From NCBI GenBank assembly GCA_033763455.1, contig JANRKO010000073.1, forward strand, positions 32,001-96,000: a DNA stretch of 64,000 bases, given 5' to 3'. This document shows, piece after piece, positions 9,365 to 18,613 of the stretch (positions are counted from its first letter, which is position 1; each line of letters opens with the position of its first letter). Under the pieces are notes generated by a model. It was not told the DNA's origin. It did no database searches and worked only from the letters and a program-made list of their open reading frames with translations. Made by a program: the position numbers and the translations under genes. The DNA is from Polyangiaceae bacterium (GTDB lineage Bacteria > Myxococcota_A > Polyangia > Polyangiales > Polyangiaceae).

Positions 9365-10678
9365 TTAGGCGATCTGTTTGAGCAACGCTTGGTTCTTGGC
9401 AACAGCACTGTCCATTTCGGTAAACTGCTTACGGAGCGTTTCTGTGTATCTCGCTATTCTGGCGCTTTCGCGAGAGATGTGCTCTTCCAGCGCCTTTGCG
9501 CGTGTCTCAAGCCCTGTCCTACGGACGCTTAGTAAGCCTGTCTTCGGATTGGTGAGATCGTCAATCGCGCTTCTGAAGCGATCCATCATGCCGGTGGTGC
9601 CGGGACCACCCGCGAATAGCTTTACGAATTCCGCAGGACGGCTGCTGAGCGCGCTGTCAAACTTCGAATCACTCAACGTGAGCTTGCCAGTGCGATCGAT
9701 CGATACGCCAACATCGGCCAACCGATCCAGGGTACCGCCGAGGCCGGCTGCTCCGGTGGCCAGTGAGGAAAGCTTCGATAATGTACCCCGCAAGCCGGAA
9801 TCTCCTGCGAGTGCTGCGTTTTGCGCCTTGGTGGTGCCAAACCCTGCCAGATTGTGGACCTTATCCACCACCGCATTGTAGGCGCTCACGAACGCACTCA
9901 CTTTGGCCTTTGTCGCTGCTGGATCGGCATCAATGCGCAAGGTGATGGGAGCTGTGGTTTTCGCCGTGAGCGCAAGGCTCACACCCGGAATAGCACCATC
10001 GATCTTGTTGGTCGCACTGCTCACAGGAATGTTATCGATCTTAACGATGGCATTCTGTGCGGCTTGGGCCGGCACTACCCCCTGAAGACCGAGCGCTGTG
10101 CCACTTTCGCTGAATGTAATATTGTTGGCAGCTCCGCTATCGAGACCTCGAATCAGCAACGAATAGTTCGTACCGTCATTGAAAATCGAAGCTGAAACCC
10201 GTAAACCCGAGCTATTGATCTTGTTGGTGATGCTCTCCAACGAATCAGCCGTATCAATGTTGATGGTCGCGGCAGGGCCAGTGCCCACCTGAATATTGAA
10301 CGAACCGGTTTGGTTGAGGCCAACCACCTTGGAAGAGTAGGCAGTTGAGTAGCTGCGCTGCTCTGAGGCAAGCTGCGTAACTTCGAGATTGTACGTCGAA
10401 GCCTGGGCCACACCCGTCGTCGTTGCGACAACTTGCGCGCCGGAAGACGTCGCCGTGAAGCTGCTCACCGAACGTTCATCATAGAGTGCGCCTGCAGCCG
10501 TTTTTAGCTTTGAAAGCAGCCCGGATATGTCCCCCACCGAAGATATCGCCGCGCGAGTGTCAGCGACTTTCTGCTGCGTAGGCTGAAGGCTCGCTTTCTC
10601 GACATTCACCAGGCCACTGATGATGCCCTCAACGTCCATCCCGGAGCCAATTCCTCCAAATGTAATAGCAGCGGGCAT
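9365..10678 (-). CDS. fliD: Flagellar filament cap protein FliD
   Basis: GIGSGMD N-terminus, V.QLA, LAGDS, C-terminal LRKQFTEMD. Confidence 0.96.
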   Translation of the reverse strand: MPAAITFGGIGSGMDVEGIISGLVNVEKASLQPTQQKVADTRAAISSVGDISGLLSKLKTAAGALYDERSVSSFTATSSGAQVVATTTGVAQASTYNLEVTQLASEQRSYSTAYSSKVVGLNQTGSFNIQVGTGPAATINIDTADSLESITNKINSSGLRVSASIFNDGTNYSLLIRGLDSGAANNITFSESGTALGLQGVVPAQAAQNAIVKIDNIPVSSATNKIDGAIPGVSLALTAKTTAPITLRIDADPAATKAKVSAFVSAYNAVVDKVHNLAGFGTTKAQNAALAGDSGLRGTLSKLSSLATGAAGLGGTLDRLADVGVSIDRTGKLTLSDSKFDSALSSRPAEFVKLFAGGPGTTGMMDRFRSAIDDLTNPKTGLLSVRRTGLETRAKALEEHISRESARIARYTETLRKQFTEMDSAVAKNQALLKQIA

Positions 10679-10702
10679 TCGTTCAATACTCCTTGGGGTT
10701 GT

Positions 10703-10739
10703 AAAAGAAAGCCCGACCGCAGATCCTACGGCCGGGCTT
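10703..10739 (-). terminator. Rho-independent terminator between fliC and fliD
   Basis: Minus strand AAGCCCGGCCGTAG-GAT-CTGCGGTCGGGCTT followed by TCTTTT. A second hairpin (GAGTGGT...ACCACTC) lies at 10760-10786. Confidence 0.75.
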
Positions 10740-10794
10740 AATGCACTTGCACTGAACTAGAGTGGTCACGAGGAGCATCACCACTCAGCTTTCA

Positions 10795-11628
10795 TTAACC
10801 TCGGAGGAGGCCGAAAGCCATCTGGGGCAACTGGTTGGCTTGCGACAACACAGAAACACCAGCTTGCGTGAGAACTTGATTGCGGCTCATGGTCGCAGTT
10901 TCCGTGGCGACATCTACGTCGCGGATACGGGAGTTAGCAGCCGAGAGGTTCAAGCTCATGGTTTGGACGGTTGCGGATGAAACGTCCAAGCGGTTCATCG
11001 CGGCACCGAAGCGTGCGCGAGCCGTGGAGACTGTGTCGATCGCCGTGTTGAGCGCGGTGATGGACGCGTAGGCGTTGGTTTCGTCTGCGCCCGTGAGGCT
11101 GATGCCCGCCGTAACGCCCGACAAATCCACGTTGTCGAAGTTCACGGTCACAGAATCGCTGGCGGCTGTGCCGATGCCGACCTGGAACTTCGTGGCGGCG
11201 GCTGCACCGGCACCAATGAGCGATTTGTTGTTAAAAGTAGCTGCGCCCTGGATGCGGGTAATTTCACCCTGAAGCTCCGTGAATTCCGTTTGGAGGTAAG
11301 CACGGTCTGCAGTTGCCAGCGAACCGTTCGAAGCTTGGACGGCCAGCTCCTTCATGCGGCTCATTACGCCGTGAATTTCGCCGAGCGCGCCTTCAGCCGT
11401 TTGCGCCATCGAAACGCCATCCAGAGCGTTGCGCTGGGCCACTGCATAAGAACGAATGTCGCTCTTCATGTGTTCGCTGATCGCTAACCCTGCGGCGTCG
11501 TCAGCTGCGGTATTGACTCGAAAACCGCTGGAAAGCTTCTGGAAGCTCGAATTCAGCTGGGCTTGGTTAGTGGAGAGGTTCTTCTGAGCCGAGAGGGCAG
11601 AGAAGTTGGTCTGAATATACATTGCCAT
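10795..11628 (-). CDS. fliC: Flagellin (short, 277 aa)
   Basis: LSSGFRVNTAADDAAGLAIS, RMKELAVQ, FQVG, SRIRDVDVA...QVLTQAG...QANQLPQ. Confidence 0.98.
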   Translation of the reverse strand: MAMYIQTNFSALSAQKNLSTNQAQLNSSFQKLSSGFRVNTAADDAAGLAISEHMKSDIRSYAVAQRNALDGVSMAQTAEGALGEIHGVMSRMKELAVQASNGSLATADRAYLQTEFTELQGEITRIQGAATFNNKSLIGAGAAAATKFQVGIGTAASDSVTVNFDNVDLSGVTAGISLTGADETNAYASITALNTAIDTVSTARARFGAAMNRLDVSSATVQTMSLNLSAANSRIRDVDVATETATMSRNQVLTQAGVSVLSQANQLPQMAFGLLRG

Positions 11629-11706
11629 GGGGAAAGCTCCTTCTTGGAGGGTGGGATTGTTCTACGTGAACAAGGTTTGCGGAGGCTTTTGACCTCACAA
11701 GAAGAC

Positions 11707-11733
11707 TGAGCGGCTGGGCAGTTCAATACTTGA
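11707..11733 (-). promoter_or_regulatory. sigma28 (FliA) promoter of fliC
   Basis: TCAAG-N14-GCCGCTCA; the same architecture recurs before flgM. Confidence 0.75.
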
Positions 11734-11741
11734 ATCAAATC

Positions 11742-12098
11742 TCAGGATGTTAGGGCTAAAGCGCGCTCTTGCAGACGCTCGGAGACAGCTGCCACCGTGT
11801 CGTGCTCGCTACTCGCGCGCTCCGCGATAACCTTGGCGATATACTCGGCCGCTTCCCGATTCGGGATGGGTTTTTCCAGCACGGCGCGACGCGCTTGGCT
11901 CATGGCCTCGGCCAGCTTGGTGATCTGGGTGAAAGCCGTCTCCATCGCGGGAGTTTGGGGTGCTCCCTCGGTATGCGCAGAGACGCCCATCGCGGACAAA
12001 GCCTCGGCGGCTTGGTGGAAGAACTGAACTGCCTCGTGGACCTTTGCCTCAGAATGCAACGTAGTCTGAAGCGGCGTGGATGTATGTCGGACGTTCAC
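11742..12098 (-). CDS. Hypothetical helical protein with weak resemblance to flagellin C-terminus
   Basis: 118 aa ORF filling the csrA-fliC gap on the operon strand; AAGGA upstream of GTG. Confidence 0.6.
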   Translation of the reverse strand: MNVRHTSTPLQTTLHSEAKVHEAVQFFHQAAEALSAMGVSAHTEGAPQTPAMETAFTQITKLAEAMSQARRAVLEKPIPNREAAEYIAKVIAERASSEHDTVAAVSERLQERALALTS

Positions 12099-12212
12099 GT
12101 CGTCCTTGACCTCGGTCTTCGCCGATGGCCGTCACCGGCGCGAGCTTTGCCAATCGGCTCACTCCCGCAGTACCCATGGACACTGGTGCGGGTTGATGAA
12201 CGTTGACGGGTT

Positions 12213-12581
12213 TTATGTGAGTGGGCATATTTCCTCCTCTTTTACTCCTACCCGAATCGAGGGTGCTGGCACCCGCTGGGCTTCACGCGGCTCGTTTGAC
12301 ACAAGCCCAATTTTCTCGTTCGCCGCCCCGGTCGTTTTCGCACTGGAACCGACAAAGGCAGCCAAATTTTCGGTGGCCACCGCTCCCTCCTGCGAAGCCG
12401 TTTCCGTAGCCGCGCGATTTGCCAAAAGGATCGCTTCCCGAATCTCCCCACGCAACACACGCGTGCCTCTAGGAGCTGAGATCGCCACCTTCACTACACT
12501 GCGTGAAAGCTCAGAGATGACGATCTCGACGTCGTCTCCGATGAAGATGCTTTCATTCTTTTTGCGCGCGATGATTAGCAT
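12213..12581 (-). CDS. csrA: Carbon storage regulator CsrA with C-terminal extension (FliW-type)
   Basis: MLIIARKKNESIFIGDDVEI...AP....VLRGEI...ANRAA; start corrected to ATG 12581. Confidence 0.93.
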   Translation of the reverse strand: MLIIARKKNESIFIGDDVEIVISELSRSVVKVAISAPRGTRVLRGEIREAILLANRAATETASQEGAVATENLAAFVGSSAKTTGAANEKIGLVSNEPREAQRVPAPSIRVGVKEEEICPLT

Positions 12582-12588
12582 GGAGGCC

Positions 12589-13464
12589 TCAAGGTTCGAA
12601 GCGCCGAAGTGATAGGTTTCGCTTAGCCACGGCCAGCGATTGCTCAATGGCATTTTGGACGCTCACAAGCTCTGACATAGCTTCAGAGGCATCGGCTTCG
12701 CCGAGCACAGCCTTTCGCGTTTTGAGCGCCACATCCCCCTGGTCGAGCGCGGATTCGCTGATGCTGAGCCGATCGAGTAACAGACCCGCATCGGCTCGAG
12801 AGCGAACGATCTGGGAATGGGCGTTTCTGATGTTGTCGAGCGTTGCAATAACCGCCGCTTGATCGTTAGTCGAAAGTGCAGTGGCTAGGGCATCCAAGAC
12901 ATCGAATGGATTGACGCCTCCTGCCGCGGTGAAGGCTTTGGCACCGTCAATGGCCACGTTGACCACGTGGTTGGTTCCGAGCTCCACGTTGTGCGGGTCA
13001 GAATTTCCAGCAAAAGCACCGGTATTCGCAAAGGGCACCGTATCGGTGGCACTTCCAGAGAACAAGAACCCGTTCGGACCGCGTGTGTTGGCCATGCTCA
13101 CGAGCTGGTCGCGGAGGCCAGAAATTTCAATTGCCATGGAGGCACGTTCGCTGGCACTCAACGTACCATTGGCGCCCTGCACGGCTAACTCTTGTGCGCG
13201 TTCAAAAAGTGCAGAGGCTTCGCTCAATACCCCTTCTGCGAGCTCTGCGTCGCCACGCGCAGCTCCAATATTAGAACGAAACCCTTCAGCCCGGCTGACC
13301 GCGTGACGGAGCTTCGCGATCTCTGCCGCCGCACGGGGATCTGTACTTGGGCTGGTGACCCGATATCCAGAGCTCACTTCGGCCGCAGCTTTGGCATGCC
13401 GAGCCGTGAGGCTCGCCAAGTTGGCGGAAATCGCTGAATAATTCGCACTATCAGGAACTCTCAT
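12589..13464 (-). CDS. flgL: Hook-associated protein 3 FlgL
   Basis: SSGYRV..PS.DP, ELAVQGANGT, ANT....FLFSG; follows flgK. Confidence 0.93.
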   Translation of the reverse strand: MRVPDSANYSAISANLASLTARHAKAAAEVSSGYRVTSPSTDPRAAAEIAKLRHAVSRAEGFRSNIGAARGDAELAEGVLSEASALFERAQELAVQGANGTLSASERASMAIEISGLRDQLVSMANTRGPNGFLFSGSATDTVPFANTGAFAGNSDPHNVELGTNHVVNVAIDGAKAFTAAGGVNPFDVLDALATALSTNDQAAVIATLDNIRNAHSQIVRSRADAGLLLDRLSISESALDQGDVALKTRKAVLGEADASEAMSELVSVQNAIEQSLAVAKRNLSLRRFEP

Positions 13465-14852
13465 CGGCCTAACCTCTGTATCAACTCATCGAGCAATTGA
13501 TCGACGGTCTGTAGGACCTTGGTGGAGGCCTCGTACGCACGTTGGTACTGCGTGAGCGAAATCATCTCTTCATCCAAGGAGACCCCGCTCACCGTTTCCC
13601 GTAGGTCTTTCGCTTGCGCTTTTAGGGCCTCTTGTGTCGCCGCCGTGCTCGCTGCTCCCGCCTTGAGCTGGCCAACTTGACCGAGCAGCGCGGCAAAATC
13701 CTCGGCTGGCGTACGTGTGCCGCCTCCGGACACGGCTTGCGCGGAAATTTTCGATATCGAAAGCGCGTTATCAGCTCCTCCGGGAAGCGCAGCCGCCGAA
13801 CTCGAAGCAGCCAATCGCTCGGGATGCCCCACGAGCTGGGCATCAATAGACAAGCTGCGCGCGGCTCCCGCAACCGTGGGCGACACGCTGAACAGATTGC
13901 GGCCGTTGATCCCATCGAGCCCAAAACCCGCTGCGTGCTGGGTGTTCACGGCGGTGGCGATGTCGTACGCGAAATTATCAAGCCGGGTCGCAATGGTAGT
14001 GAGGTCGCTGTCGCGCACTTGAAAAATGCCGTCGAGCGTGCCGCCTGAAAGCCCTGAGGTAGCGTCCATTGCTGGCCCGCCGGAACGCTGCGCCATGAGC
14101 TTGAGCGCGCCATTGCTGTCGACATCAATGCCGAGCGCGCGAGCAACATCCCCATCGATCAGCGTGGCGCCTGCGGCTTGGACGGTGATGCGTCCGGATT
14201 CGGCCGTAATCACGTTGATATTGACCTTCTCGCTCAGCTGCTGGAGCAAGGTATTGCGCTGATCTTTTAAATCAACAGCGTCTGAACCCGCATTCTCAGC
14301 CGCCTCTATCTGCTGATTAATCTTGGCAATGTTGGTAGCAAGATCGTTAACTACCTTTACAACGCTGCTAGCTTGGGTCGCGAGATCCGTCCGGAGCGTA
14401 GCCACGGTGTTCGCTGTATCCCGCACTTGGGCCGCGAACACATCCGCAGACGCTAACGCTTGCGCTCGTGTCGTAGGATCGTTGGGTCGAGCCGCAAGGG
14501 TCGAAAACGAGGTAAAAAACTGATCCATGGCGCCACCCATGCGCGCCCCAAGGGTCTCATCGAAAAGGCCATCGATCTGCGCCAGCTGCTGATCGCGTTC
14601 ATTCGCGGAGGAAGAGAGCCCTGATTTGTCAAAGTACCGCTGTTCAAGGAAACGGTCTGTGATACGGCGCACTTCAACCGCGTCGACACCGCCATAAGCT
14701 CCCGGCCCATAGGGACGAGGCTCTAGGATTACGGCACGACGCGCGTAACCGGGCGTATTGACGTTGGCAATGTTTTGCCCGGTCGTCTGAAGGCCACGCG
14801 AGTGTGCCTGCAAAGCATCGCGCGACGTGTAGAGGATTGAAAACAGACCCAT
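13461..14852 (-). CDS. flgK: Hook-associated protein 1 FlgK
   Basis: GQNIANVNTPGYARR, L.DQR, SGVSLDEEM..L..YQRAY.A. Confidence 0.96.
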   Translation of the reverse strand: MGLFSILYTSRDALQAHSRGLQTTGQNIANVNTPGYARRAVILEPRPYGPGAYGGVDAVEVRRITDRFLEQRYFDKSGLSSSANERDQQLAQIDGLFDETLGARMGGAMDQFFTSFSTLAARPNDPTTRAQALASADVFAAQVRDTANTVATLRTDLATQASSVVKVVNDLATNIAKINQQIEAAENAGSDAVDLKDQRNTLLQQLSEKVNINVITAESGRITVQAAGATLIDGDVARALGIDVDSNGALKLMAQRSGGPAMDATSGLSGGTLDGIFQVRDSDLTTIATRLDNFAYDIATAVNTQHAAGFGLDGINGRNLFSVSPTVAGAARSLSIDAQLVGHPERLAASSSAAALPGGADNALSISKISAQAVSGGGTRTPAEDFAALLGQVGQLKAGAASTAATQEALKAQAKDLRETVSGVSLDEEMISLTQYQRAYEASTKVLQTVDQLLDELIQRLGR

Positions 14853-14854
14853 GG

Positions 14855-15220
14855 CTACCCTCTTAGGTTGAGCCTCACGGGTGCTGCGGAGGGGCGATGG
14901 GCATCAAAATACCCAACACTCTCCTGAGGTTGAAACAGCGACACGATCCCGCTCAGGCATGAGCGGGCGTGCGAAAGAAGCAAATGATTGCGCCGAATCT
15001 TGCCGTCTAGCGCAGACAAAAGGAGCATATCTCCGCGGGTTGCAGCCCTCTTCTGCGCCACGAGCTCTTCGCTCAATTGAACTTTGCGCACCAGAGCCGC
15101 CTCAATTGCGGGGCGATCCAGCCGATGCAGTGCAAGACGTTCCTCTTCCAGGACCCTTTCAAAGGCCTGAATCGTCTGCTGCATTTTGGATTGCTCTGCC
15201 GCTTGGCTCGTATGCTTCAT
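14855..15220 (-). CDS. flgN: FlgN-family export chaperone
   Basis: L.EER.AL...K and N..LL helical pattern; position between flgM and flgK. Confidence 0.7.
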   Translation of the reverse strand: MKHTSQAAEQSKMQQTIQAFERVLEEERLALHRLDRPAIEAALVRKVQLSEELVAQKRAATRGDMLLLSALDGKIRRNHLLLSHARSCLSGIVSLFQPQESVGYFDAHRPSAAPVRLNLRG

Positions 15221-15263
15221 GCTGCTTACCCAAAGGCTTCCCTGCCCCTGGGGGAACCCGCTA

Positions 15264-15551
15264 CTAGCCGAGATCGTCGACTAGGCGCTGTGCCACCAGG
15301 TGCTGATTAACTTCGAACTGTCCTGCTCTTACCGAGTTCCGGAGTTCTTGGACTTTTTCTGGCCGTACTTGGCTAGCGCTGGCCGCAAGCTCCCGCGCTT
15401 CGTGTGAAATCTGAACATGTGCCGCCTCAGGCTGCGTCGACTTGGCGCTGCTCGCTCCTTCCGGTGCCTTGACATCACCGGCTCGGGCAACACGAGTTGC
15501 TGCAACGCGATTGTAGGCATCCAGGGCGGGATTTGAATTAATAGGCTTCAT
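15264..15551 (-). CDS. flgM: Anti-sigma28 factor FlgM
   Basis: VQIS.EA, RPEKVQELR..V..G.F.V....VA..L C-terminal motif. Confidence 0.9.
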   Translation of the reverse strand: MKPINSNPALDAYNRVAATRVARAGDVKAPEGASSAKSTQPEAAHVQISHEARELAASASQVRPEKVQELRNSVRAGQFEVNQHLVAQRLVDDLG

Positions 15552-15642
15552 TCACAGGTCTCCGCGACTAAGCGTGTCGCACCCTGGGACACCGGCCGGC
15601 GGGATGACTTCCGTCGACAAATGCACTTCGGGCTCGATGCTG

Positions 15643-15669
15643 TGAACGGCCAACTCCGTGACGGCTTGA
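15643..15669 (-). promoter_or_regulatory. sigma28 promoter of flgM-flgN-flgK-flgL-csrA
   Basis: TCAAG-N14-GCCGTTCA in the flgJ-flgM gap. Confidence 0.75.
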
Positions 15670-15717
15670 GCCAAAATCTTGACGCTCCCCTGGGGGGCGG
15701 GACGAGCGACGGTTTAC

Positions 15718-16053
15718 TCATTTCGGCCTCGCATGGGTGCCGGATAAGGCCTCCTCGATCATATGCACGAGGCCGACGCCTCCCGACTGCGAAATGGCGT
15801 CTGAAAGGGCGTCCACGACCATGGACCCATAGGCCCCGCCCGCCGACGCCCCGGGGGCTGATTTCTTGGATTCCGCAGTCTTTTGAAGGGGTTCGAGCAT
15901 CATGCGCACGAACACGGACTCAAACTGCCGCGCTGCCCGAACGACCTCAGGGTTAGGCTTTTTGGCAGGCGCCCCAGCGGAAGGCGCCTCACCAACACTC
16001 GCATTCGCTTGAAGTGCTGACATACGTGCGGCGCTCGGGACCATTGGGCTCAT
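15718..16053 (-). CDS. flgJ: Single-domain FlgJ (rod-binding/cap, no muramidase)
   Basis: AARQFESVFVRMML...Y..M...L...IS..GGVGL; follows flgI. Confidence 0.85.
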   Translation of the reverse strand: MSPMVPSAARMSALQANASVGEAPSAGAPAKKPNPEVVRAARQFESVFVRMMLEPLQKTAESKKSAPGASAGGAYGSMVVDALSDAISQSGGVGLVHMIEEALSGTHARPK

Positions 16054-17186
16054 TGCACAACTACCTCTGCACGAAGTGCGCCAGCAGCACGAAGAGCTTG
16101 CAAGATACTCGCGAGTTCTCGGGGGCTAACGCCGAATGTAGACAAAGCGGCGGCCACGTCCGCCAAGGTAGCAGCCCCCTTGAGATAGTTCAGAGCGGGC
16201 GCTTCCTCTCTAACTTTCACATCGGATTCTGGCACAACCACAGTTTCACCCTTACCCAACGGATTCGGCTGGCTCACGGTACTGTGCTGCTTCACGGAGA
16301 TGGTAATCCCGCCCTGAGCGATGGCAACGGCAGACAAGCGCACGTCTCCGCCAGCTACAATCGTGCCCGTCCGCTCGTTGATCACGATACGTGCAGGCTG
16401 TGCGGGCTCCACATCTACCGTCCCGAGCTTGGCCAGTGCCGCCACTGGCGTTTTGCTAAATTCTTTGGGGAGGGTCACCTCAACGGCCCCACCATCTAGC
16501 GCTTTGGCACTCCCCTTCCCGAGCGATTCATTCACCGCATCCACAATACGCTGGACCGTCATGAAGTTGGGACTTCGTAGGGCGAGCGTAAGCTTGCCTT
16601 TGGTGGAGAACACGCTCTTGATTTCTTGCTCTACAATCGCACCCGTCGGAATACGCGCCACCGTCTCCACCCCTTTGGAAACGGAGCTACCCGATCCGCC
16701 TGAGGCAGAAATGCCGCCCACGATGAGCGACCCCTGGGCCACGGCATACACACGACGATCCGCCCCACGCATCGGAGTTTGAACGAGCACGCCGCCGCGC
16801 AAACTCTTGGCGTTGCCGATGGACGACACTGTAACATCAAGCTTAGAGCCAGGCCGCTCGAAGGCAGGGATATTCACGGTTACCACCACCGCGGCGACGT
16901 TCTTCAGCCGCACTTGGCGCGCTTCGACTTGAACTCCTAGGCGCCGCAGCAACGAGCGCATCGATTGGGCTGCAAACGGTGCAGAAGCATCGTCCCCGGT
17001 TCCCTGCAAGCCCACCACCACCCCATAGCCGATCAACTGATTGTCCCGGGCCCCCACCACCTCACACAAATCCAGGAGCCCATCCGCCTTAGCGCGTGGG
17101 GCAACAAGCACCAACAGCCAAAGAAATAGGAAGCTCACGGTTCGAGAACCGAACGCTAACTTCTGGGTTCTTAGATGTGGCTTCAT
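16050..17186 (-). CDS. flgI: Flagellar P-ring protein FlgI
   Basis: RDNQLIGYGVVVGL.GTGD, KNVAAV, INERTGTIV, L..AGAL. Confidence 0.97.
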   Translation of the reverse strand: MKPHLRTQKLAFGSRTVSFLFLWLLVLVAPRAKADGLLDLCEVVGARDNQLIGYGVVVGLQGTGDDASAPFAAQSMRSLLRRLGVQVEARQVRLKNVAAVVVTVNIPAFERPGSKLDVTVSSIGNAKSLRGGVLVQTPMRGADRRVYAVAQGSLIVGGISASGGSGSSVSKGVETVARIPTGAIVEQEIKSVFSTKGKLTLALRSPNFMTVQRIVDAVNESLGKGSAKALDGGAVEVTLPKEFSKTPVAALAKLGTVDVEPAQPARIVINERTGTIVAGGDVRLSAVAIAQGGITISVKQHSTVSQPNPLGKGETVVVPESDVKVREEAPALNYLKGAATLADVAAALSTFGVSPRELASILQALRAAGALRAEVVVQ

Positions 17187-17190
17187 ACGT

Positions 17191-17880
17191 TCAAAATGGG
17201 CTAATGTAGCTGAGCGCCTGTGAAAGCCAGCCTTGTTCTAACGTGTCGGCAACATCGCCGCGCCCGGAGTACTCGACCTGAGCATCGGCCATGCGAGATG
17301 ATTCAACCGAGTTGTCGTCCTTGATATCTTCAGGGCGAATGACGCCCGACACATATAGGTGGATCTCCTCATCGTTAATCATGACCACTTTGGTACCTTC
17401 GATCAGGAGGTCCCCGTTTGGCAGGGTCTGCCGTACGCGCACACCGATCTTGCCAGTGAGCTGCCCCGCACGGGAGGTCTTCCCGTCACCGTTAAATTGC
17501 GACTTGCTCGCCAGCGCCAGAAGCTTCGCTGGGTCAAGATCTGGGTAAGCGCTCTTCAGTGCCGGCAAGAGCCCGTAAAGCGCGTCAATGCCCGATTCAC
17601 TCGACGAGCTCTTATCCAACTTGGTCGTTGCATTTCCCACGGCGTCGGCGTGTTCATCGATTTGGACAATAACGATATCGCCGGAACGATGGGCTCTCGT
17701 GTCTTCCAAATAGCTTGGAACGGCCTCACTATAGAGCGACCCTTGTGTCGGCTTGGAAGAAGCTTGATCTACAGCGTACTTGCCGACCTTGTATTCGCGC
17801 TCTTTGGGCGTAAAGGTTTCAATGTGTTTGGGGCCGCAGCCGAGGCTGGCCAAGAGAGCTAGCAGCAATAGGCGTTTCAC
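17191..17880 (-). CDS. flgH: Flagellar L-ring lipoprotein FlgH
   Basis: Lipobox SLGC, D.RA...GD, LPNGDL.IEG.K, GVIRPEDI, GWL...L....PF. Confidence 0.96.
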   Translation of the reverse strand: MKRLLLLALLASLGCGPKHIETFTPKEREYKVGKYAVDQASSKPTQGSLYSEAVPSYLEDTRAHRSGDIVIVQIDEHADAVGNATTKLDKSSSSESGIDALYGLLPALKSAYPDLDPAKLLALASKSQFNGDGKTSRAGQLTGKIGVRVRQTLPNGDLLIEGTKVVMINDEEIHLYVSGVIRPEDIKDDNSVESSRMADAQVEYSGRGDVADTLEQGWLSQALSYISPF

Positions 17881-18611
17881 TGAGACACCACACTGGCAGT
17901 TGTGGGCGAGTCAATCCGACCGCGGAGCGTCTTTTTGGTGCGCTCCACTCGGAATGAAATTACCTCACCAACGCCTCCATCCTGGAGCGCTACGGCTTCC
18001 GTACTAACCGTTGCGTTGGCTTTAGTGATGATCAAACCAACCCTGCCACCCCGGCGCAGTGTGGGTTCAGCACCCTCTGGCATGATGAGAAGCTCCAATG
18101 TTACGGGCGTGCGTTGTTCCACTTTCCCGTTGCGTACAATATCAACCATCGCGGTTGTCCGATGGGGCCCCACACGGCGCGGCAGAGGCGGGATTACAAC
18201 TGAATCCAAGCTAGCGCTCGGGGACATTTTCACGGGGGACCGCACCTCTAGGTGGCGCAGGCGCACGCCCGGCTTGAGATTCTTCTCCACCAACCCTCGC
18301 ACACGCTCAGCGAACTCCATCGGCATCAAAAGAACCCGAGCACTTTTGACCCGAACCTGTGGCGGCACGCTCACCGTGCTCACGTCCACTCCATTTTCGC
18401 GCAAACGGCGCCAAATGTCCTCACGAATGAACGTACGAGTTCCTCCTGGAGGCGGTGCCTCGCCCAGATCGATCGTAGCGGCACGTGCAGGCGCATCGGG
18501 CAAAACATCACCAACAAGAACGCGCTCCGCATCCACGGTAATGGGCTCCGCTGCTAACGCAGAGTGCGATACAGAGAGCACGCCCAAAAGAAAAAATGTA
18601 CGTCGCCGCAT
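17877..18611 (-). CDS. flgA: P-ring formation chaperone FlgA
   Basis: Signal peptide; C-terminal ALQDG.VGE.I motif; between flgG and flgH. Confidence 0.85.
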   Translation of the reverse strand: MRRRTFFLLGVLSVSHSALAAEPITVDAERVLVGDVLPDAPARAATIDLGEAPPPGGTRTFIREDIWRRLRENGVDVSTVSVPPQVRVKSARVLLMPMEFAERVRGLVEKNLKPGVRLRHLEVRSPVKMSPSASLDSVVIPPLPRRVGPHRTTAMVDIVRNGKVEQRTPVTLELLIMPEGAEPTLRRGGRVGLIITKANATVSTEAVALQDGGVGEVISFRVERTKKTLRGRIDSPTTASVVSQ

Positions 18612-18613
18612 GA

